Of a stretch of 64,000 bases of DNA, positions 54,922 to 64,000 are shown piece by piece. The DNA is from Nageia nagi (taxonomy: Eukaryota; Plantae; Pinophyta), in NCBI GenBank assembly GCA_050084985.1, contig JBITNC010000001.1, positions 145,700,001 through 145,764,000 on the forward strand, in the 5' to 3' direction. A model generated the notes under the pieces. The model had not been told where the DNA came from and made no database searches. It saw only the letters and a program-made list of their open reading frames with translations. Numbering within the stretch: the first letter of the stretch is position 1; the number at the start of each line of letters is the position of its first letter. The translations under genes and the position numbers were made by a program.

Positions 54922-57900
54922 TTGGTATTAAAGTGAGTTTTCAATTAGAAATAAGGGAAAAGTAGTAAGTAAAGAGTGATCCTAACTTATTCCTTATCTT
55001 GTAGGAAATTTGAAGATATAACAAGATGATATGGCCTTAGAATTGGCTACTTATAGAGTCATATATCCTATCAAATATAGATGATACATTATCATACTAT
55101 GGTTTATGGACTTAAAAGTTAATGACACTTTGAGGTTGGAAAATGAAAAATCTAAACTTCAACAAATTCGATGCCAAGAATTATCCAAGTGAACTAGAGA
55201 AAGGCATCTATCCCCTGTAGAACAAATCATCAATCATACTACTAGGAGGATTAAGTACCTAGCAAAAATAGAATAATATTCAAAGTCTATAGTGGTAAGG
55301 AATAGGTTTGAAGAAAATGCTATTTTTGCAGATGACATTATAATGAAATAAGAGCTCTCCATGATGATTCCAATAGAGAATGGAACTTGAAAACATTATA
55401 AATATTGAGAGTAAGATTCTCCTTTCTATGGAAGAAAATTGTATTTAGATTACACCTCCACCTATGGTTAGGCTAAACCACAAAATGAACTTGTGAACAA
55501 TAAATAAAAGGTTAAATGCAATGGGAGCTAATGTACACATAAAAGAGTTACATTTCATTGAAGGGCTAGTGTACATCATGAATTAGGTATAAAAAGATGT
55601 TTTATCATATTTTGTAATAGAAAATATTATAAATAAACTTATTATTTTGTTTGGAATGTAACAAGGTGAATTTTGAACACATTTTAAATATGTATGTCAT
55701 TTATTTTAGTATGGTAGGCAAAACAAAATCTATAAAGGGAAAGAAAGGTCAAAAGAAAGTAAAAGAATAAATTACTAATAACTTTGTAGAAGAAAAGATG
55801 ATACCACCCTACAAAGTTTCTTGAACTTATAGAAGGAAAAAGCTACAAGTAGCCACTTCAAGAAAGGAAAATAAATTGATAATCATCAAACCCAGTAATG
55901 AGATTTTTCTCTCTTTTATGGAAGAAATGTTCCTAAACTTACTCCTAAAATCATTAATTACCTTAAAGATAGGAGTAAAAAAATATCATTATTTGATGAG
56001 GAACTCGAAGAAATGATTAGTGAGGAAGATTGCACTAGTAAATAAAGATGAAAAGAGTGGAAGGAATCATTTTATGTACTAAATAATACTAAATACTTCC
56101 TAAATGTATTGTTATCCCTTTTACAAAATAGAAGTCTCTTCTTTTGAAATACATAAAAAGGTTTACTATTTTATAAGAGTGGATGGATTACAAAGATTTA
56201 AACTTTATTATTGGTTTTTAATGATAAACCCAATGACTAGTTATCTTAGTTAGATGATTCCAAATCAGCATAGTATAATCTATTAATTGATGATTTGAAA
56301 TTAAAATATTTTGAAGCCTAATCCAAAGACCTATATTTAAGGGGATTAGGAACATAGGATATTACATTTGGAGAAATGGATCAAAAATGATAAAATGAGA
56401 AAAATAGATGAGAATGAACCCAATTTCATTATCATCTAGAAAATGCAAAGGAATATGTAATTTCCTAAGGGAGATGTTGTTGCCAAAGCATCCATGAGAT
56501 AGTAAGCGATTTTGAGCTCACTCCTGGTGAGATTGAGGATGGATCCATAGAATCCAAGAGTCATATCAATAGTGTATTATAAGATGCAAATAAAATTACC
56601 CTCCAAGTGAGACCATGATACAAAAATAAGCAAATATAGCAGAGTAAATGCTCCTCAATTTCAATTTGGGTAATCACATAATAATCAAAGTTGTTCAATA
56701 GATAGAGGGTAATAATGGATAGATCTTGATGAAGAAGAAAACCCATTGCCTCTAATGAACACCATGATAATAAATTGTAAATCCCATAATGAATAATATT
56801 TTCTTGCATTCCATCTAGAAGAGTGGTAAGGCACACAACAAGATGATATCTCCTATGATTCAACATAATTCAATTTTCAATGCATCCAAAACCAAGAAAT
56901 CCTACCTATAAAAAAATCTACTTATATAGGACATAACTAATAAATGATAAATGGTATACAAAAACACTCGAATGAGTGCATGAAGAGAGAATTCACATTA
57001 AATATCCATTGAAGAATTATGAATTATGAGAAGCCCTACTCTCAAAAGTATATATAAAAAGATACTAAGGGAATTATTGAAAGATATTATGTCAAATAAA
57101 TGCACAATATGACACTACATTTATATGTACAATGTGACATATCAACAAAAAAGAGTTAATACTTCTTATATGACTTTACTTATGAAATTACATTAAAAAA
57201 ATTATTAAAAACAATAATACAGGCTATCATAGAGAATGAATATCTGTGATAATAATTGAAAAATGTTGAAGAACATATAAATCATCTTCGAAAGGAGTAT
57301 GAAGAATGTGAAATAATTTTGAATACCACTTGTTCAGAGAGAAATAAGTTAATGATTAAGATCATTAAACAAGAACAAAAGTTGATTCATCAAATTCAAA
57401 GTGTGCAAGAATAGGCATTTGCACACCTTAATACCTTTCTACAAGAAATAGAAAAGTGGGAAATGCAAGCATAAAGGTATGAACATTTGTTATTTCAACA
57501 TGGCATTCATGTAACATCAAAGTCACCTGATGATAAGGGTGAAAATGTATCTCTAATGGAGAGTCAAATGGGAAAATTCCCCATTTTTCTAAACTATTAA
57601 TCAATTTAAATAAATGATTATTGATAATGAGTAATACAAATAATTGTTTAGTTTTCATACATATTTTCAAAAATATGAAAAGTAAAAAATTTTATAAAAT
57701 GGTAATGATTGTTTGCTTATCTTTTAGGTTTACTATAAAGCTTTAACGAGAAATCTTTAATGAATCTCTTATTTATATATAAACCTTACAAAGATAGGTC
57801 AACAAAGAAATTTTTGATGATATTCAAAGTGCATTTCTATGCCAACAATTGATCATCAAAGTAAAATGAAGAGAATCTCTTTAGATTTAGAGAGATACTC

Positions 57901-59052
57901 TAAATCAAAAAAAGATCATGTTGATGATCAAGTAAGTTTAATTGGTCATTGTAAAAAAAGTTCTAACTTGTTCAAGAAATGTTTGAAAGAAACTTAGTTT
58001 TTGATAAAAAATTAAAAGCATACTTGACTTTTATCTTAGTTTGAGATAAATGTATTTCCAAAATATGGTAATAAACCCTAATAAAGAAAGTACAGGTGAT
58101 GTTGAATTTTATATTTAAGTACAAATATAGGTATAATCTTTGATAATGACTATGCTATTATTATTTTTAAGCTATAATGATGATTTAAGTTGAATTTATT
58201 GTTCATTTTCTTTTGAAAAATGACTCTTTGAAATAATACTATTGATGATACTTATTTTGAATGAAAAAATAAGAGGATAAAAATCAATTTGTTTGATTTA
58301 AATGTTATGTACTTGAGATCCAGATCTAATGTTAATATGGTGTAAATGTCACATGAATAAGTGGGAGTTAACATATATGATTCAAAAGATCAAGTGAAGA
58401 TCTATTGAAATGATGATAACCACCATGATGTGGAAGTTGTTGCTTTCAAAAGACATTGGGATTATCAAGATATGGTGATGAGAGCTCCAAACATTAGGGA
58501 TACTAACTAATAGTTAGGGGCAAGTTAGTTATCTTACCTTAAGAAAAGAGGTAGTAATATAGAAATGTGTACTATACCAGATGAGGGTATAAGTTGTAGT
58601 TATTTATTTATCATGGATTAATGATTAGGAATGATGGTTATTATAGGAGTGATGCACTTTATCTATGATTTAGTAGCAAATATATCATGTGTGTATGACA
58701 TCATTTTGGATTAGCGCTATCTTGGGTGATATAGGCCCCAAGATGAAATTGAAACACTAACACTAGTTGAATATATAGTATATAGCAATGGTGGTATCAC
58801 ATTATTACATCAAACCTAATTCATGGAGAGTTATGGTGATGAAATATAGAAATGAAGGGGTTAATCAATTTTGATAGTTGATCAACTTAACCCACCTGGT
58901 CATTGATCCAAACTCAAGTTGGATTATCTTAATGTACCTTGAAAATATTAAATTTGATGTAGTAATTTATGACACCATGAATTTTGATATTATGAAATTA
59001 ATAGGAGAAGAATGAAACATAGAGGAATATGTTAATCCTAATGGGGGGAGTA
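54922..59052 (+). mobile_element. Array internal domain 3
   Basis: Runs from the PBS to PPT GGGGGGAG (59043-59050); colinear with internal domain 1. Confidence 0.9.
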
Positions 59053-62000
59053 TGTAACAACCCACCCAATGGCACTAGTCAACCTTACACATTATCAAGG
59101 GTGTAAATGAAATCATATTTGAATTATTACTATATGATGATTAATTTTAAGTGGAAATATATATTATTTGTGTCAATTTGATGTTGTTTTCAAGATTTTA
59201 TGATGTAGGTAATAGGTTATTGTAAGATGAAAGGAGCAATCAAAGACCCAACAAACTAATGGTGAATCGGTGACTAGAATAAAAGGATAAGAGGATGAAA
59301 TAATTGGTGTTGAATAAATAACACACCATATGACCATCATAAATCATGTATTTGCATGCAAAATAATTGTTATGACTATTGATTTCTCAATAAAGTTGTA
59401 TTTACCAATATGTGTGGATTAATCTTGCCCTGTAGGATGAGGTGAGCGTCATAAGTAAAGGTGTGTTTCCCTTATTTTGTATTTTTGAAATTCAAATTTG
59501 AAATGGGGGAAATAGGAATATACCTTATTTAAAATTGAAACTTTATATAATTTTATAAAAATAAATAAAAAAAATAAAAAATTAAAATTAAAATGAGTGC
59601 CCATACTATTTCTACATGGGGCTAATAGTAAAAACACTATTAGAAAAAGACTAAGGTCACCTTATGGTTTTATAATATATTTAATGTGTAAAAAAATAAT
59701 GGAGTAATGAACCTACTTAGTTTTGTTTTTTTATGTTAGGTATAGATAATAGTTGGCACTAATTTGCTAGTTAATAAAAAAAGTTTCAAGATATTTAATA
59801 CCATTTCAATCATCAACAACTTTAAGAAAACCTACTTCAAAAAAATATTAAAGGTGTGAGGTGACATCCATTTGGACACACTTTGACCTCTTTGGTTATA
59901 AATAAAGTAGTAAAAACTTAAGCAAATGACCTACCTATCTATCTTTTATTATTTCATTCTTGTTATTCACAAACATGGGTGTAGAGTTACCTGAACAAAA
60001 GAAGTCTCTCTTCCCTCTTCAATTCAAGGTGCATTATTTTACATTATTTTTTTCTAATTAAAGTAGTCCTATTTTTGAAGTATTTAATGAGTTGTGTGAC
60101 AGTAAAAAAGTGGATTTTTTTCTTCTCACTTTTATATAGATGTAGGGGTGGAAAATTTTATGTACAACTTGTATTATGTATTTTATGATATTTTAAGGAG
60201 GTTAATCAAATATTTCTTCTTATACCTATAGTTAGAATTTAATGAATTTATTTTGATATGATTTTTGTTAAATTTATAATATCATATTTATCATAATATT
60301 TACTAAAGTTTTATAGAATTAATTATTGTTAAAAATATTGTACCATTTGAAGAGACATAGTGGTTATTTTATTTAACGGTTGGTACCAAGTCTTTTTATT
60401 TAAAAAGTAAAGGAATGGGATTTTCTTTTGTTATTATCCCTTTATTTAGATGTAGGGGTGAAAAATTTTATGTACAAATTATATTATATATTTTATGATA
60501 TTTTAAAGAGATTAATCAAATATTTCTCCTTATGGTTTTAGCTAATGTTTAATGAATTTATTTTGATATGAATTTTATTAAAATCTTAATATGATATTTA
60601 TCATAATATTTGATAAAGTTTTATAGAATTAATTATTTTTATAAGTGTTGTACTCCTTGAAAAGAAATAGTGGTTATATTATTTAAAGGTTGGTACCATG
60701 TCTTTTTCTTTAAAAAGTAAAGGAATGGCATTTTCTTTTGTTATTATCTCTTTATTTAGATGTAGGGGTGAAAAATTTCACTTACAATTTGTATTATGTA
60801 TTTTATGATATTTTAAGAATACTAGTCAAATATTTGTCCCTATGCCTTTAGCTAAAGTTTAGTGAGTTTTTTTTATATGAATTTTATTAAAACCTTAATA
60901 TGATATTTATCATAATGTTTGATAAAGTTTCATAGAATTAATTATTGTTATAAGTGTTGTACCCTTTGAAGAGACATAGTGATTATTTTATTTAAAGGTT
61001 GGTACCATATCTTTTTCTTTAAAAAATAAAGAAGTCAAATTTTCTTTTATCATTTTCCTTTTATTTAGATGTAGGGGTGAAAAATTTCATGTACAAAGTC
61101 TATTATGTATTATATGATATTTTAAGAAGACTAGTCAAAATATTTCTCCTTATGCCTTTAGCTAGTGTTTAATAAATTTATTTTGATATGAGTTTTATTA
61201 AAATACTGATATGATATTTATTAAAAAAATATTATTAAATTCAAGTGAAAATGAGGAAATATAAATTAATAAAAATATATTTTCTTGTTATTATCTATGT
61301 TTGTCAATTAAACTTATTAGTATCTAATGAGATGACAAGTATGTTTAATATTTTTAATAAGTAATTCAAGAACTCTTTTGAATCTTGTCTTAAATAAAGT
61401 ATGGTTTTAATATTATGATATTGGTATAATGTTTAGTAAAATAATTCAAATGGTACCAATTGCATTAGTTAATAAAAAAGGCATCCAAGACCTTATTATG
61501 AATGATTTAATCATTTACGATGGATTAATTATAGGGTAAATAAATTATGGATTAATGTACATTAACCAAGGAAAAGAGATGATTCCTTTTATGGTTTATA
61601 GTTAAATTCATTTTCATAATAGTGAAGTTTAAAAAAGATTGTCCTAATCCTCTTCCCTCCTAGTTTTCGATCGACCCACCAACTTTCAAGGGGATGTTTG
61701 ATGCTCGAAGATCAATATAGATGTTCAAAAGTTTATACAATGGTCAAGACCATATGATATGAATAAATTTGAATTACAAACTTATTTAATATGATATAGT
61801 ATGATTTTTCAAAAATATCCTATTAATGATTAAATGAGTTGTATTATATTATGTTAATTCATTAAAGGTTATTTTGTATTTATGTCATGTTAATATGGTA
61901 AATGGAAAGTAGATGAGTTGTACTTCAATGAATTAGTTTTATTATATAAATGATTAATAAGTTTTTATTTTTATTTAGAATAATATTATGATGGTTTAAT

Positions 62001-63168
62001 GCTATAAATAGTGATAATTACATGAATAAGAGTAGGAATTAATAGTTATTATTTCATGATCAGTAGTGGGTAGTATAAATCGATTTAAGTAGATGATTTT
62101 ACCAAGAATTCTAAAGAAATAGATTATTTAGGTTATTAATTCTAACAAAATCCAAAACTATCCCAAACACTTAGAAATAATCCTAAATTTGAACTACTAA
62201 GGTTCCAAATTACAATTTGTGATCAGTAGGGAAAGTTTAGGAAACCTTAGGATCAAAATAGGTACAAATGAAACCCAATGGTAATAAATGGAATCCTTTG
62301 GGATAAATATGAATTTTTTAGATAAGAATGTCAAAATATTGACAATAAATGTTTAAGGATAAAACCTAATCTAACTTAGAATTAGAATCTACTTGGTTAG
62401 TGAATGAATTGTTAACATTGAGATTTAATGAGTTTATGGTTTACGTAGTAAATTAATGAATGAAATGGGGAACTAAGGTTAGAAAATGTTACCTAAGTAC
62501 GTGACCTTACATATGAAACCAAAGTGGGTTATGGCTTTTATTTATTTGCAAGTTATAAAATTCAATTAATTAAATTTACAATGATCAAATGAATATTTCT
62601 CAATTGCTTGTACAACAGTCTTAAGGATCGATAATAAATAAGAATCCTAAATAAATTCACTATGATTCCAATGTTTTAGAAAAGGATCCCATATTAGTCT
62701 TATGGACCCAAATTTATATCATAAGGGAAATGTTAGGAACCCTTTGAGATTAAATGGGATAATTTGGGAATACTATGGGAAATAATTTGGATTGTTTGAG
62801 ATTGTTATAGGATCTAAGTCGTAACATTTTTTGAACATTGATTAACACATAAACTAGAAATATTAAACCTTTACAACATAACAAGTACACCTTCTCAAGA
62901 TTAAGGATATGGTAAATAAGTCCAAATAAAACAAGGGTAGAATCATCAGGAGTATCTGCTTGCAAGCAAGGATAAGAATGCCTATGAATGAACCCTTGTA
63001 CTTAGAAAGAAAGGATGAAGACTAAATAAAGTTAATAATGTATCAATATGTAATACATGTGGGATATAAGTCTATTAATAGTAAACCTATTAAACTGAAT
63101 AGATAAGAAAAAAAATTTTAGTCCTAAATTTAGGGGTTTTAGATAGTGAAAGATGGAGTAGCATTACA
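59053..63168 (+). repeat. Array LTR4 (4116 bp, longest copy)
   Basis: TGTAACAACCCACCCAATG...GCATTACA followed by TSD CCTAA, with no PBS after it. Confidence 0.93.
60100..61220 (+). repeat. ~310-bp tandem repeat inside the LTR (about 3.5 copies here; about 2.5 in LTR1)
   Basis: Anchor GATGTAGGGGTG(G/A)AAAATTT at ~60139, 60449, 60759 and 61068. Equivalents at ~39636/39945/40252, ~46604/46914/47221 and ~53519/53818/54129. Confidence 0.9.
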
Positions 63169-63415
63169 CCTAATCACTAACCACTAACAACTAATCTTAA
63201 CCAATAACCCTCACCATTAACCCTAACCCTAACAAATAATGAATAATCACTAACCACTAACCACTAAACCTAATGCTAGCTACTAAACCTTAACCATTAC
63301 AAACCCTAACAACTAACTACTAACCCTAACCACTAAACCCTAACTACTAACCCTAATTACTAACCCTAATCACTAACCTTAATCACTAACCCTAACCACC
63401 AACAACTAACCTTAA
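63169..63415 (+). repeat. Degenerate telomere-like tract (CCCTAA/CCACTAA/CTACTAA); right flank of the LTR array
   Basis: cctaatcactaaccactaac...ccctaaccctaac...ctaaccctaaccactaaaccctaactactaaccctaa. Confidence 0.9.
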
Positions 63416-64000
63416 TTTTTTATTTTATTTTTTCAAAATACAATGTAAGTTTAGATGTAGTTTTAGACATAAAAAAGAATGCAAATCTATGTCCACTTTT
63501 GGATCAAATGCAAATAATAACATAAAAATTAAAAAAATTCATTTACTTACCATTTTCATCAGAGACATTTATGTGTCAAAGGGAGTTCAAAACTCATTTT
63601 CTAGTAGGTAAGCACCAAAGAAGTATTTTTATACCTCATTTAACTTCAATCATAGCTAATTTAACTCAATTTTTAGCTGGCGTTTTGAATTTTTAGCATG
63701 TTTTTAATTTTTACTTATAGTGTTTTCCATTTTCTTATAGGAAAGAGGGTTTCTACCTCATTTCATCTTTATTATTCTTCATTTACATAGAGGTTAGTAC
63801 ACTGTAACTTATTTTTTTATTTCCTCATGAATTTGCACTTAATTTGATAGGATTTTCCAATTTTATAGGGGTTTCAAATGTTTATAATAAAAAATCTTTA
63901 AAGGTTTTAAAAGTAAAGACATCCCTATGAAATTCTCAACCATGCACCCATGAAATTATAGTAGGCCATCCATATGAAATTTCTAAAAATCCTGAAATAA

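Larger units (their letters stand above)
38555..63168 (+). mobile_element. Tandem array of a non-autonomous (LARD-like, probably Tekay/Del-derived) LTR retrotransposon: 4 LTRs and 3 internal domains under one TSD
   Basis: Starts TGTAAC at 38555 and ends ATTACA at 63168. TSD CCTAA at 38550-38554 and 63169-63173. PBS follows LTR1-3; PPT precedes LTR2 and LTR4. Confidence 0.93.

Noticed and set aside
42352-57670. Recurrent minus-strand ORFs in the array (42352/49932; 43106/50695/56561; 44732/52366) suggesting a conserved antisense gene family
   Set aside because: They recur only because the DNA is triplicated. They are short, low-complexity, differ in start and stop between copies, and show no recognisable domain.
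38555-63168. Assembly artefact as the cause of the tandem array
   Set aside because: The units differ by many substitutions and private indels, so they are not false duplications of one sequence.
63169-63415. True chromosome end or telomere
   Set aside because: The tract is short, degenerate and followed by ordinary sequence, so it is interstitial.

Overview
This is very AT-rich, CpG-depleted eukaryotic (seed-plant, possibly gymnosperm) heterochromatin-like DNA made almost entirely of old, nested transposons. No intact protein-coding gene is visible. Left to right: (1) A Ty3/gypsy (Reina-like) fragment lies inside intron 2 of a minus-strand SRG1-like 2-oxoglutarate/Fe(II) dioxygenase pseudogene. 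(2) Exon 1 of that gene is split by a complete 4.8-kb Ty1/copia (Ale-like) element with 203-bp LTRs and non-canonical TG...CT termini. (3) A decayed Tat/Ogre-like gypsy element follows. (4) There are two head-to-tail minus-strand L1-type LINEs with an unexplained extra ORF between them, and a third LINE on the plus strand. All three LINEs have an overlapping TAATG stop/start at the ORF1/ORF2 junction. (5) CACTA-like relics, a fold-back repeat and a decayed spliced gene with in-frame peptide repeats come next. (6) The main feature is a 24.6-kb tandem array of a non-coding (LARD-like) LTR element, LTR-int-LTR-int-LTR-int-LTR (38555-63168). It is bounded by a single CCTAA target-site duplication inside a telomere-like (CCCTAA/CCACTAA) tract, and its LTRs carry a copy-number-variable ~310-bp internal tandem repeat. 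Family assignments come from recognising motifs by eye, not from database searches.
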